30,177 nucleotides of DNA from a candidate division WOR-3 bacterium (GTDB taxonomy: Bacteria; Hydrothermota; Tepidihabitantia; Tepidihabitantales; Tepidihabitantaceae), in NCBI GenBank assembly GCA_039801225.1, contig JBDRUH010000005.1, forward strand, positions 21,504 through 51,680, written 5' to 3'. Each line of letters begins with the position of its first letter. Position 1 is the stretch's first letter. Below are positions 19,581-29,127 of the stretch, in pieces. The notes under the pieces are model-generated. The model saw nothing but the letters and a program-made list of their open reading frames with translations. It was not told the DNA's origin and ran no database searches. The position numbers were made by a program, and so were the translations under genes.

Positions 19581-20986
19581 GGCGTAATAAAGACGAAAGT
19601 GGTGACACGATTGTCGCATTAGCAACACCGCCCGGAGTGAGTGGTCTGGCGGTAATTCGCTTGTCTGGTCCCGACACCTTCTCAGTTCTCACTCAACTAA
19701 TGCCCAAGGTCCAATTGGAGCGCCAGCCTTCCCATACTCTGCGACTTACCTGGCTCAGAGATGAGAGGAAAAGACCGATTGACCAGGTGATGGTAGCACT
19801 CTTTCGGAAACCACATTCCTATACCGGCGAGGATATGGCGGAAATCACCTGCCATGGTGCTCCGATAATCGTGGACAAAATTATTGAATTGTGTCGGAAA
19901 CAGAACTGCCGGCTTGCCGAGCCCGGTGAGTTCACCCGGCGGGCGGTCCTGGCAGGAAAACTCACCCTTTCCCAGGCAGAGGCGGTCTTGGCGCTCGTCA
20001 ATGCTCAAAGTTTTGGCGCGCATCAGGGCGCAATCAGTGCCTATCAGGGCGGCGTATCCCGTTTGATTGCGCCCATCACCAATCGTCTGCGTGAGCTATA
20101 TGCCGAAGCGGAGTTTCTCCTCGGGTTTGACGAAGATGGACCTATGACCGCGGACCAGAGACCGAACACCCGGTCCCTTGAAGAGAAAACAAAGGCGCTA
20201 CTCACCCAACTCAATCGGTTAATAGACCGGGCGGAGCGGAGCCGATTTCTCTTTGAACCCGCCCGTCTGGCGATCATCGGTCGCCCCAATGTTGGTAAAT
20301 CCAGCCTCTTCAACCGACTCCTGCAACAAGAACGGGCGATAATTAGCGGCATTTCCGGCACGACCCGTGACCGAATTGATGCACCCCTTTACCTCGGCAA
20401 CCTTACCGTCCAACTCACCGACACCTGTGGCTTTCACCCCCGGGCAAAAAACCCGCTCACCCGTTTGGGCAATGAAGAGACCCGGCGGGCGATTGCTGAG
20501 GCGGATATCCTCCTCGTAGTCTTTGATGGCTCGGAGCCGTTCCAGGAAGCGGACAGAGTGCTTCTTCTCCAGGTTCTAAAAAAGCCTAAGATTTATATCA
20601 TCAATAAGAGCGACCTACCCCAGCGTTTGCGCCCGAAAGATATTATTATTAATTCTAAAGTTATCGCGGGCAAAAATGGTGCCGGTTCACCGGTGAAGCC
20701 TCTCTCAGTTTCCTGTAAGACCGGCACCAACATCCTCCGGCTACGCCAGAAAATAAAAAAAGTCCTCTCGCCGAATGTCTTCCGTTTACCGGCTATCACC
20801 CGCCGTCAAATTGAGCACCTGCAGGAGTGCCGGGAGGCGCTTCGGACAAGTCTGAAAACCCCCGACCTTGATGCGAAGGTTACCGAAATTAAATTTGCGA
20901 TAGAGGCGCTGGCAAAGATTGACGGCGGGATAACTAACCAGGAGCTCTTGGACCGGATTTTTTCTCAATTCTGCGTCGGAAAATGA
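19577..20986 (+). CDS. mnmE: tRNA modification GTPase MnmE (TrmE)
   Basis: DTIVALATPPG, PHSYTGED, AEPGEFTRRA, GRPNVGKSS, GTTRD, NKSD, C-terminal FCVGK. Confidence 0.97.
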   Translation: MRRNKDESGDTIVALATPPGVSGLAVIRLSGPDTFSVLTQLMPKVQLERQPSHTLRLTWLRDERKRPIDQVMVALFRKPHSYTGEDMAEITCHGAPIIVDKIIELCRKQNCRLAEPGEFTRRAVLAGKLTLSQAEAVLALVNAQSFGAHQGAISAYQGGVSRLIAPITNRLRELYAEAEFLLGFDEDGPMTADQRPNTRSLEEKTKALLTQLNRLIDRAERSRFLFEPARLAIIGRPNVGKSSLFNRLLQQERAIISGISGTTRDRIDAPLYLGNLTVQLTDTCGFHPRAKNPLTRLGNEETRRAIAEADILLVVFDGSEPFQEADRVLLLQVLKKPKIYIINKSDLPQRLRPKDIIINSKVIAGKNGAGSPVKPLSVSCKTGTNILRLRQKIKKVLSPNVFRLPAITRRQIEHLQECREALRTSLKTPDLDAKVTEIKFAIEALAKIDGGITNQELLDRIFSQFCVGK

Positions 20987-21384
20987 TTAAACAGATACTG
21001 GTGTGGGTTGATGACCGCGAAGCGACGCGTGCTCAAGTTAAATGGGCAATTGAACTCGCCCGTGTCCTCACCGCCCAACTTTATGCGGTATATATCTTAC
21101 CATTAGAGCCAGAGACTCACCGAAAGAGAAAACCGATACCACGAGAAGAAAAAGCCTGGGAGGTCCTCTATGAGGTAGAGGATGAGGCGTTTGAGCAACA
21201 GGTGCGGATTTCACTTTTAATTGAAACCGGTGACCCGATAGAAAAACTCTGTGAACTTTTAAGGAGCTATAAAATTGACCTGTTGGTGGTCAGTGCCAGT
21301 TGCTCCATTCCGGCGATTGAAATCATCCGGCACTCACCCCAGCCGGTAGTATTCATCAAACAAAACAATAATAAGGAGGTATAA
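20983..21384 (+). CDS. Universal stress protein (UspA family)
   Basis: MIKQILVWVD...AIELA..L.A.LYAVYI, ETGDP, IDLLVV, IIRHSPQPVVFI. Confidence 0.85.
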   Translation: MIKQILVWVDDREATRAQVKWAIELARVLTAQLYAVYILPLEPETHRKRKPIPREEKAWEVLYEVEDEAFEQQVRISLLIETGDPIEKLCELLRSYKIDLLVVSASCSIPAIEIIRHSPQPVVFIKQNNNKEV

Positions 21385-21848
21385 TGTTAAAAAAATTATC
21401 CGAACTGCTTCCTCCGGCCGCAGTTATAATGGAGTTGAAGTCAACGGAAAAAAATGGGGTAATTAACGAACTGTCCGCGCCACTGGTCAAGAGTGGCTTA
21501 ATAGTTGATGAAGCCGAGTTTGTCTCGGCAATCCTCCGCCGAGAAAATTTGGAAAGCACCGGTATCGGTGCTGGTGTTGCCATTCCCCACGCCCGCACCG
21601 ATGCGGTAAAAACACTGGTTTTGGCATTTGGGCGTTCTGAGGTGGGGGTTGACTTTAGTAGCCTGGACGGTAAACCATCTCATCTGATATTTCTCATCAG
21701 TGCCCCTGAGGCAATGAAACGGGAGTATATCTGGACGCTGGCAAAACTCTCCAGCCTTTTACGCCGGCAAGAAGTGAGAGAAGGACTTGTAAATGCCAAG
21801 ACGGTTGACGAGGTCTACTCGGTAATTGAGCAATATGAACGGCTCTGA
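21384..21848 (+). CDS. PTS IIA (fructose/nitrogen-type, PtsN-like) protein
   Basis: RENLESTGIGAGVAIPHAR, VDFSSLDGKP. Confidence 0.92.
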   Translation: MLKKLSELLPPAAVIMELKSTEKNGVINELSAPLVKSGLIVDEAEFVSAILRRENLESTGIGAGVAIPHARTDAVKTLVLAFGRSEVGVDFSSLDGKPSHLIFLISAPEAMKREYIWTLAKLSSLLRRQEVREGLVNAKTVDEVYSVIEQYERL

Positions 21849-23592
21849 CCACTATTTTATTCTCCGCTGCCAATCCTATATAATCAAAGAGTTTCAGAAG
21901 TCAGGGATGGATGTCCAACCGGCGGAAATTCGCGCTGGTGGTGTGCCGGAGGCGGACATCGCCGTACCGGTGTTCCGGCGGGCAAAGGTTTTAAAAAAGG
22001 ATGCGGCGGCGCTTGCCGAGTCAATCGTCAAACACTTGGAACTTACCGCTTCCCCTTTCGCCTCAGCCCGGGCGTTAAAAGGTTATGTCAATCTGAAGTT
22101 TAACCCAGAAGCACTTGCCGAAGGGGTCTTTGCCGACTACCAGAGAGACCCGGAAAGATACGGCGCTTGGACGCTCGGGCAAGGAAAAACGGTGGTAATT
22201 GATTACTCCTCGCCCAACATCGCCAAACCATTTTCGGTTGGGCATCTGCGCTCCACCATTATCGGTCAGGCGCTTTATAACATATTCTCCTTTCTCGGCT
22301 ACAAGGTTGTCGGTGACAACCATCTCGGCGACTGGGGCACCCAGTTCGGCAAACTCCTTTGTGCCTTTGAGCTCTGGGGAGATGAGAAAAAACTCGCCCA
22401 GAACCCGACCGGTTATCTATTAGAACTTTATGTTCAGTTTCACGAAAAGGCAAAGATGGACAAAACGCTTGAGGCAAAGGCGCGGGAGTGGTTCCGGCGC
22501 CTGGAAACTGGCGACCCTAAAACCCGTACCCGCTGGCAAGAGTTTGTTCAATTGAGTAGAAAGGAGTTTGACCGGATTTATCAGCTCCTTGGTGTGTCAT
22601 TTGACCTTACTTTGGGTGAGAGTTTCTATGCCGACCGGCTGCCGGAGGTGATTGAACGGGCGCTAAAAAAAAATGTTGCTCGTGCCGAGAGACCACCGGA
22701 AACGGTCCAGAGCGGTGAAGAGGATGTATCCCAAAATGAAAAGGTCGTCCTCATCCCCCTTGACTCAATGGGGTTAAAAGTTCCCCTCCTGCTCCAGAAG
22801 TCGGATGGCACCAGCCTTTATGCCGCCCGGGAACTGGCCACCTACGAATACCGGGTTCAGACCTATCAGCCGGAAAAGATCCTCTATGTGGTTGGAAACG
22901 AGCAGGAGTTCTATTTCAAACAGTTCAATGCCGCACTTAAACTCCTCGGGTATGATGTCCCCTGTATCCATGTGAACTTTGGACTAATCCGTCTGCCCGA
23001 AGGGCGCCTCTCCACCCGGGAGGGGCGGGTGATCTTCCTTCTTGATGTGATTAATGAGGCGATTGACCGGGCTAAGGCGGTGCTGGTCAGCCGCGACCTT
23101 TCTCAAGAGGAAAAGGAAACAATCGCCCGCAAGGTGGGCATCGGCGCAATAAAATACGCCGACCTCTCCCAGAATCGGGTGAAAGATGTGGTATTTGACT
23201 GGGACCGAATGCTCTCCCTTGACGGCGACTCCGCTCCTTATCTTTTATACGCCTATACCCGCACCCGTTCCATTTTTCGCAAGGCACCGACCTCCCTTCC
23301 GCCACCGCAGCCAAAACTACTCACCACACCCGAGGAGTTAACACTTCTCAAACACATCGCCTGGTTTCCTCTTGTGGTTCGCGCCGCAGCGGAAACCTAC
23401 CAGCCCCATCGGGTCGCCAACCACCTTTACCGCTTGGCTCAGGACTTCTCCACCTTTTACGACCGGATTCCGGTGCTTAAAGCGGACAAAAACGAACTTG
23501 TTTCCACCCGGCTGGCTCTGGTTGAGATGGCCGGCACTGTCCTCAAAACCGGACTGAAATTGCTCGGTATAGAAGTAACCGAGCGGATGTAA
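21835..23592 (+). CDS. argS: Arginine--tRNA ligase
   Basis: DYSSPNIAKPFSVGHLRSTIIG, NHLGDWGTQFG, GESFY, KSDGTSLY, LSTREG, C-terminal ERM. ATG 21835 preferred. Confidence 0.97.
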   Translation: MNGSDHYFILRCQSYIIKEFQKSGMDVQPAEIRAGGVPEADIAVPVFRRAKVLKKDAAALAESIVKHLELTASPFASARALKGYVNLKFNPEALAEGVFADYQRDPERYGAWTLGQGKTVVIDYSSPNIAKPFSVGHLRSTIIGQALYNIFSFLGYKVVGDNHLGDWGTQFGKLLCAFELWGDEKKLAQNPTGYLLELYVQFHEKAKMDKTLEAKAREWFRRLETGDPKTRTRWQEFVQLSRKEFDRIYQLLGVSFDLTLGESFYADRLPEVIERALKKNVARAERPPETVQSGEEDVSQNEKVVLIPLDSMGLKVPLLLQKSDGTSLYAARELATYEYRVQTYQPEKILYVVGNEQEFYFKQFNAALKLLGYDVPCIHVNFGLIRLPEGRLSTREGRVIFLLDVINEAIDRAKAVLVSRDLSQEEKETIARKVGIGAIKYADLSQNRVKDVVFDWDRMLSLDGDSAPYLLYAYTRTRSIFRKAPTSLPPPQPKLLTTPEELTLLKHIAWFPLVVRAAAETYQPHRVANHLYRLAQDFSTFYDRIPVLKADKNELVSTRLALVEMAGTVLKTGLKLLGIEVTERM

Positions 23593-23638
23593 TCACAAGA
23601 GAGACCCCCGAATCGGGCGTTTAGTTACCTGAAGGAAA

Positions 23639-24256
23639 TTAATCTTTGGTTAAAATCGCCGGCAGGTCAGTAAGAACCAGCCCACCGGAGACGACAAACT
23701 TCAGCCCCTCCTCAATATTAAGCGATGTCTGAGTAATGTCTTCGTCCGGAACTATCGCCAGCCAGCCTGAGGTGGGGTTGGGCGCGGTGGGGAAAAATAC
23801 CGGATAGCCGCGCCGGGCGTCAGGCAGTTGCACCGGGGTTTCACTGGTGAGAAAACCCACCGCAAAGAGCCCTTTGCGCGGATATTCAACAATCACTGTT
23901 CGGCGCAGTGAACTGCGTTTGACAAATACCGCATCGGTGAGCTGCCGGGCTGAGGTGTAAACCGAACGGGCAAGGGGAAGGCGCTGAAAGAACTGGTCAA
24001 CACCGCTGAGAATCCGCCTGCCGATGAATCCGGAGGTAATAGCGCCAATTAGGGTGATTATCACCAAAAGCAAAAGGAAACTTAAGACGGTTACCACCAC
24101 CGGCGGAAGTTTTTCCAACACGGGGGTATAAAGGATTAAGGGACGAAGAATTCTTCCTAAACTGGCTACTATGAACCAGAGGAAAAAGAGCGTCAATCCT
24201 AACGGCAGGATTGTCGCCAGCCCGGTGAGGAAGTAGCGCCGGATACGGGAGAGCAA
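23639..24256 (-). CDS. DUF502 domain membrane protein
   Basis: FLTGL..ILPL, VEYPRKG, VFFPTAPNPTSGW, EEGLKFVVSGG. Confidence 0.92.
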   Translation of the reverse strand: MLSRIRRYFLTGLATILPLGLTLFFLWFIVASLGRILRPLILYTPVLEKLPPVVVTVLSFLLLLVIITLIGAITSGFIGRRILSGVDQFFQRLPLARSVYTSARQLTDAVFVKRSSLRRTVIVEYPRKGLFAVGFLTSETPVQLPDARRGYPVFFPTAPNPTSGWLAIVPDEDITQTSLNIEEGLKFVVSGGLVLTDLPAILTKD

Positions 24257-24258
24257 AT

Positions 24259-25383
24259 CTACTCCTTGGGTGGATAGGAAGAACGGAGAATCTCCAAAAC
24301 CTCCTCAAGCCGGGCTAAGAAACGGCGGTTTTCTGTCTCTTTGCCGACAGTAACGCGCAGGGCATTGGGAAAACCATACTCCTTCACCGTGCGGGTAATT
24401 ATCCCCTTCCGCTGTAACGCCTCAAAAACCAGTTGGGAGTCAAACGGAAAGTTAACAAACACGAAGTTAGCAAAACTCTCCAGATAGAACAGTTTCAGCC
24501 GTTTAAACTCCTGATAAAAGAGCGCCTTGCCGGCTTCGTTCACCTGCCGGCTGCGCTGGATGTGCCGGTTGTCCGACAGTGCCGCAATCGCCGCCGCTTG
24601 AACGAGGCGGTTGACATTGAAAGGCAGGCGCACCTTCATCAGATTGGCGATTATATCAGGTTTGGCAAATCCATAGCCGACCCGCAATCCGGCAAGCCCA
24701 TGCGCCTTGGAGAGGGTGCGCAGCACCAGGATGTTGTGGTTCTGGTTGTAGTAATCCAGACCGCGCGGATAATCACGGCTGGTGATGTATTCTGCGTAGG
24801 CTTCATCTAAGACCACCAGCACCCGGTCGGGCACCCGAGCCATAAAATCGTTCAACTCCTTTTTGGTAACGATTGTCCCCAAGGGGTTGATGGGATTGTC
24901 AATATAGATGATTTTCGTTCGGGGAGTAATCGCCTCCAGCATACGCGACAGGTCGTGGCGGTAGTTGTTGGGTGGAATCTCAACCACCCGGGCGTTCATA
25001 ATGGTTGCGCCAATCTTGGGAATGATGAATGCGCCCCGGGTCATAATCAACTCATCAGCCGGGTCCAAATAGGCGGTGCAAACCATATAAATCAGGTCCA
25101 CCGAGCCGTTGCCAACTATCGTTGATTCGTAGTCAACCTTAAACAGTTCGGTAAGTCTTTGCCGGAGATAGTAACAGGTGTCTTCCGGGTAGTAGTAGGA
25201 CTCAGAAAGTGCCTTACGGAGAACCGCCAGCGCCTTGGGCGAAGGACCAAGCGGGTTTTCATTTGACGCCAGTTTGATAACCGGACCTTTTAGTTTTAAC
25301 TCCCGAACAACCTCTTCAATCGGTTTACCCGGTTTATAAGGAGAAACCCTCTCTATGTTCGGTCTTGCCGGTGGTAAAAACAT
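24259..25383 (-). CDS. hisC: Histidinol-phosphate aminotransferase family (class I/II PLP)
   Basis: YKPGKP, KLASNENPLGPSP, GNGS, DNPINPLG, DEAY.EY, RTLSKAHGLAGLRVGY. Confidence 0.9.
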   Translation of the reverse strand: MFLPPARPNIERVSPYKPGKPIEEVVRELKLKGPVIKLASNENPLGPSPKALAVLRKALSESYYYPEDTCYYLRQRLTELFKVDYESTIVGNGSVDLIYMVCTAYLDPADELIMTRGAFIIPKIGATIMNARVVEIPPNNYRHDLSRMLEAITPRTKIIYIDNPINPLGTIVTKKELNDFMARVPDRVLVVLDEAYAEYITSRDYPRGLDYYNQNHNILVLRTLSKAHGLAGLRVGYGFAKPDIIANLMKVRLPFNVNRLVQAAAIAALSDNRHIQRSRQVNEAGKALFYQEFKRLKLFYLESFANFVFVNFPFDSQLVFEALQRKGIITRTVKEYGFPNALRVTVGKETENRRFLARLEEVLEILRSSYPPKE

Positions 25384-26468
25384 TAATCCTCCTTTTTTTG
25401 TTTTTCTCGCCCCCCTGAGACACTATAGGTTAAGCATTCTGGTTCGCTTACCGGTTGTTCTTTTCCGGCACGGCGCATAAACGCAAAGAAAAGCCCACCC
25501 AGGAGGGCAAATGCTAAGTCTAAGGCCAAGAAAAGCAGGCTCGTAGCCAGCGCCTGCTCTTTACCGAGGTGCCCGGGTAGCCAGTTTGGTGTAAAGAAGA
25601 GCACAAAAGCCGCCTCCCGGACACCAAGCCCGCCAATTGTTGGTATGTTAACCACAATATTTAACAGCGGGATAAAGATAAAATAATAGCCGAGCGGCAC
25701 CTTTGCCATAACCGCCCGGGCAGAGAAAAACCAGGCTAAAGAAAGCGCCGCCTGGACACCAATACCAGAGAGAAAACTTAAAAATAGGGCAAGGGGACGA
25801 TGCCTGTATTGTTGCACCGCCTGATAGGCCCGGGTGAGGAGTTCAGTCAGCCGGTGCAAGGGGGGGATTCTTCTATCAAGTTTGGTAAGAAGTGAACTGA
25901 GAAACCGGAATGACGCCTCATTGAGCAAAACCATGGTGAAAAGAAAAAGCAGTAAGAAGATGGCAAAAAGAAAGAGGACGACACCAAAACCGGTTAACCG
26001 ATTTCCCCCTAAACTCAAGGCATCAGCCCGTTGCATTGCCACAAAGAGCGCAGTAACCACCGCCAGAAATGAAAGACTTTCAAAACCGATAAGCCGGTCA
26101 AGAAATGTGGCGGAGAAGGCTTCGGCTCCTTTGGTCGGTTTGGTCGTATAGGCGATTCTCATCACATCACCACCAATTGATGTGGGTAAGAGTTTGCAGA
26201 AAAATAGTCCGAGGACAAAAACCCGGGCGAGATACCAGGAGGGAAAATAAAGCCCTTGGGCGGTGAGAAGAACCTGCCAGCGCCAGGCAGAAATCCAGAT
26301 AAAAAGGATATAGGCCAGTAGGGCCAGAAGAAGGAAGTGAACCTCGGCATTGCGCACCGTGGTAAAGCAGGCACCAAGTTGTTTCCGGAAAACAATACCA
26401 AGGAGTGTTAGAAGCCCGAACGATATAACCAACCTGAGTATTGAAAGCCGTCTTTCGTCTCCTGTCAT
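25383..26468 (-). CDS. Lysylphosphatidylglycerol synthase TM-domain / flippase-like membrane protein (UPF0104)
   Basis: AWRWQVLL, LPTSIGGDVMR, DRLIG, PTIGGLGVRE; polytopic. Confidence 0.88.
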   Translation of the reverse strand: MTGDERRLSILRLVISFGLLTLLGIVFRKQLGACFTTVRNAEVHFLLLALLAYILFIWISAWRWQVLLTAQGLYFPSWYLARVFVLGLFFCKLLPTSIGGDVMRIAYTTKPTKGAEAFSATFLDRLIGFESLSFLAVVTALFVAMQRADALSLGGNRLTGFGVVLFLFAIFLLLFLFTMVLLNEASFRFLSSLLTKLDRRIPPLHRLTELLTRAYQAVQQYRHRPLALFLSFLSGIGVQAALSLAWFFSARAVMAKVPLGYYFIFIPLLNIVVNIPTIGGLGVREAAFVLFFTPNWLPGHLGKEQALATSLLFLALDLAFALLGGLFFAFMRRAGKEQPVSEPECLTYSVSGGREKQKKED

Positions 26469-26496
26469 CCGTCATCCGTCTTCCGTTTTCTGTTTG
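26448..26496. repeat. Seven-unit heptamer array spanning the GT2/flippase junction
   Basis: ccgtctt tcgtctc ctgtcat ccgtcat ccgtctt ccgtttt ctgtttg. Confidence 0.9.
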
Positions 26497-27406
26497 CCCG
26501 GATAACCCGGTCCAGTTCCTCCAATCTTTCATTTAATGAGGCAAGGGTTTCGCCTAAGAACCCGGCGGCAAAGAACAGTATTCCCGTTAGGACAAACAGA
26601 ATGACGAGATAGAGTAAGGGACGAAAGCCATGACCGAAAAGCCTGAGGATGATTGCGACCAAACCGGTTATAAATCCACAAACAAGATTGAGCAGCGCCA
26701 GTGTGCCAAAGTAAAGCATCGGCTTGCGCATAAATGAAATCTGAAATCCGACCGCCAACAGGTCTAAAAAACCTATCACAATCCGTTTGGGACTGGAGTA
26801 TTTTGATTTGCCCGCATACCTGGGGCGCAACTCAACCGGCACCTCAGCAATAGAAAACCCCTTTTTTGCGGCAAGGGGAACGATGTAACGGTGCCAGTCT
26901 TTTCTCAATCTGAGTCCCTCCAAGACCTCCCGGCGAAAGGTCTTTAAGGCATTGATGTCGTGAACATTTAGCGAGAACAGTTTACGGGCAAGGAAGTTGT
27001 AGATTGTGGACACGGTCCTTTTTTCATATCTGCCGATTTTTCTACCCGTTATAAGGTCAAATCCTCTATCCAGCATCTCAACCTGCACCTTTATATCCTC
27101 GGCGGAAAACTGCAGGTCGGCATCAAAAATGGTAATGTATTCCCCTTCAGCCTGAGCAAAACCGGCAAGAATCGCCGCGGTTTTTCCCTGATTAACTGGC
27201 AGGCGTAAGACCTTAAGCGAAGGATACTTATCCCGGGCGGAGTTAGCCTTATTAAATGTCCCATCGGTTGAACCGTCATCCACTATGATAACCTCATAGG
27301 AGTCATCCAATTTCCCGTACAGTTCCATTAGTAGCGTTTCAATGTTCTCAATCTCATTGAACGCTGGGACAATAACCGATGTTTTAGGGCGTTTTGTAAA
27401 CCCCAT
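26465..27406 (-). CDS. Family 2 glycosyltransferase (polyprenol-phosphate glycosyltransferase, ArnC/GtrB-like) with two C-terminal TM helices
   Basis: SVIVPAFNE, VDDGSTDGT, DADLQ, HRYI, RYAGKSKY. Start at ATG 27406 or 27412; TTG 27430 lies inside the promoter. Confidence 0.9.
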   Translation of the reverse strand: MGFTKRPKTSVIVPAFNEIENIETLLMELYGKLDDSYEVIIVDDGSTDGTFNKANSARDKYPSLKVLRLPVNQGKTAAILAGFAQAEGEYITIFDADLQFSAEDIKVQVEMLDRGFDLITGRKIGRYEKRTVSTIYNFLARKLFSLNVHDINALKTFRREVLEGLRLRKDWHRYIVPLAAKKGFSIAEVPVELRPRYAGKSKYSSPKRIVIGFLDLLAVGFQISFMRKPMLYFGTLALLNLVCGFITGLVAIILRLFGHGFRPLLYLVILFVLTGILFFAAGFLGETLASLNERLEELDRVIRANRKRKTDDG

Positions 27407-27415
27407 TACCATAAA

Positions 27416-27443
27416 AATATACCAAACCAAAAGAGACTGTCAA
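27416..27443 (-). promoter_or_regulatory. Sigma70-type promoter of the GT2 operon
   Basis: TTGACA-N16-TATATT with TG extended -10. Confidence 0.7.
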
Positions 27444-27514
27444 GCGTTGCCCGACAAACGTAAAAGCGAAATAATCCAATAATACCGATACCACCTCCGT
27501 AGAAATATTAAATA

Positions 27515-27539
27515 TAAGTAATTGAATATCAATGGCTTA
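27515..27539. promoter_or_regulatory. Quasi-palindrome containing an IHF-consensus site
   Basis: TAAG-TA-ATTGA-ATA-TCAAT-GG-CTTA; TATCAATGGCTTA matches WATCAANNNNTTR. Confidence 0.4.
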
Positions 27540-27615
27540 ATCGTTAAATGACTTAGGGCATTGGCTAAAACCTCTTCTCAATTCGGCAGTCTCCCTTTTT
27601 TAAAGGGGCTAAATT

Positions 27616-28824
27616 TCAGGGGGTGGCTTCCGGGGGTAAGGTGGATTTACGGATAATTGAAAGCAGGCGGATGAAGATACCAAAACCAATTAGGAGTGCA
27701 ATTAACCAGAAGAGCCAGCCGATAACCGGAATTTGACACAGGCAGTAGACAATGATGACCCCAATTGGTCCTGAAAGCCATAATGAAACACCTGACGCCC
27801 CAGAAACTCGGAAAAGGGTTCTCCCTAAAAACATCCCGGTCAGGGTTTTGGCAAGGTAGAAAATAATCAGGTAGCAAATTTTGGCGATGATGACCACCGG
27901 AATGGTGATAAGGAAAATGGCGGCGATAAGGAGTGCTAAGGGTGGGGCAAAGAGACCGATGGCGCCCAACCCGATGGTGGCGCCAAAATGCTGCCGGGTT
28001 GTCTCTATAACCCTTTCCAAAGGAACACGACCAATGGCAATTAGGATGAAGGTGATAACCAGGGCAGCAAGTAGTGAATAGATGAAGAAACCAAACGCTA
28101 TTCCGGAGAAAATGTGTCTACGGGTTTTGGGCAGAGTGCAGAGCGTGAAGTTAATTTTGCCCTTAACCGCATCCCTGTTGCCAATGTCAATTTCTTGGTA
28201 TGCCTTGTAATTTAGATTACCTAAGATTTGGGCATCATCGCTCAATACCAGTTCACCCCCATCTGCGGCAAGTGTCAGATTGACATCGCCTTCAACCCTG
28301 CCGCCAATAATCACCTTCTGAGCAATTGCTCGGATATTGCCAGTAACCGTGCCATTAATATCCAGCGACTGACACCAGGCAAATACATCTCCGTTCACCT
28401 CCCCTGTTGAGTCAATTCTCAGTTCCTGGCAAACCGCAAGTAAGTCGGCACCAATTGTGCCCTTGACCTGAACCGTTCGTGCCGCTGCCCGCAAACCACC
28501 GCCGACAAGCCCATTGATGTTTAACTCTGAAGCACACCCAAGAATGTCGCCCGAGACTGAGCCGGTAAGCGACATCTTTTCACCGGCAAGAAACAGGTTG
28601 CGCCCGATTGAGCCAGAAATCCTCCCTTCTTTACAGCCGGCGTGAACAGTGCCGTTAACCTTGCCGGAGATATCAAGAACTTGACCGCCGAAATACATAT
28701 CGGAGTTAAGTGTTTCATCCGGCTGGAGAACAAACTTCTCACCACTTATTAATTTTGCTGCTGAAAGAGGGATGGCAAGAGCACAAATTATTAGTACCAA
28801 ACCGAAAAATCGGAAAATCTTCAT
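27616..28824 (-). CDS. Bactofilin/polymer-forming-like beta-helix repeat protein with a signal peptide and a C-terminal multi-TM domain
   Basis: Repeated (I/L)xGx(V/I)xG(D/N)(L/I/V) units, then several TM segments ending IPVIGWLFW. SD GGAGG. Confidence 0.8.
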   Translation of the reverse strand: MKIFRFFGLVLIICALAIPLSAAKLISGEKFVLQPDETLNSDMYFGGQVLDISGKVNGTVHAGCKEGRISGSIGRNLFLAGEKMSLTGSVSGDILGCASELNINGLVGGGLRAAARTVQVKGTIGADLLAVCQELRIDSTGEVNGDVFAWCQSLDINGTVTGNIRAIAQKVIIGGRVEGDVNLTLAADGGELVLSDDAQILGNLNYKAYQEIDIGNRDAVKGKINFTLCTLPKTRRHIFSGIAFGFFIYSLLAALVITFILIAIGRVPLERVIETTRQHFGATIGLGAIGLFAPPLALLIAAIFLITIPVVIIAKICYLIIFYLAKTLTGMFLGRTLFRVSGASGVSLWLSGPIGVIIVYCLCQIPVIGWLFWLIALLIGFGIFIRLLSIIRKSTLPPEATP

Positions 28825-28852
28825 TTAGACCTCCATTCTTATTATATGTTAT

Positions 28853-28880
28853 AAAATACCCGGGTTAAACCAAAAGTCAA
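28853..28880 (-). promoter_or_regulatory. Possible sigma70-type promoter of the bactofilin-like gene
   Basis: TTGACT-N16-TATTTT. Confidence 0.4.
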
Positions 28881-28937
28881 GCCCAGCCTATTTTCACAAA
28901 ACCGACTTACCCCTATATCGTACCTTCCGAAGGCGAA

Positions 28938-28990
28938 TGTCTCATATCAAGAAACGCATTTTATAGCAGTATGTCTCAATTCGTGATACA
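28938..28990 (+). promoter_or_regulatory. Tandem putative enhancer-binding-protein sites (UAS)
   Basis: TGTCTCA-N5-AGAAACG (28938) and TGTCTCA-N5-TGATACA (28972), 34 bp apart, about 100-150 bp upstream of the predicted sigma54 start. Confidence 0.6.
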
Positions 28991-29061
28991 AAATCTTTAT
29001 TTGTTCCATTGTTATTTTTGTAAGTGTTTAAAGATGAACATCTTGTGAGATAGAAAGGTTA

Positions 29062-29077
29062 TGGCATATTTCTTGCT
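29062..29077 (+). promoter_or_regulatory. Sigma54 (-24/-12) promoter
   Basis: TGGCAT-ATTTC-TTGCT versus consensus TGGCAC-N5-TTGCW; correct GG-N10-GC spacing. Confidence 0.8.
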
Positions 29078-29127
29078 ATCTATATTGGCAGAATGGTTAA
29101 GCAAATAAACAAACAAAAGGAGGCAAA

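Noticed and set aside
22231..22250. ArgS 'SVGH' instead of HIGH as a defect
   Set aside because: S-(I/V)-G-H variants occur in functional bacterial ArgS, and the other motifs are intact.
16490..27457. Shared 11-mer TTGTCGGGCAA upstream of the rpmH and GT2 promoters
   Set aside because: Only two copies, at very different distances from the promoters, one inside a repeat element; may be chance.
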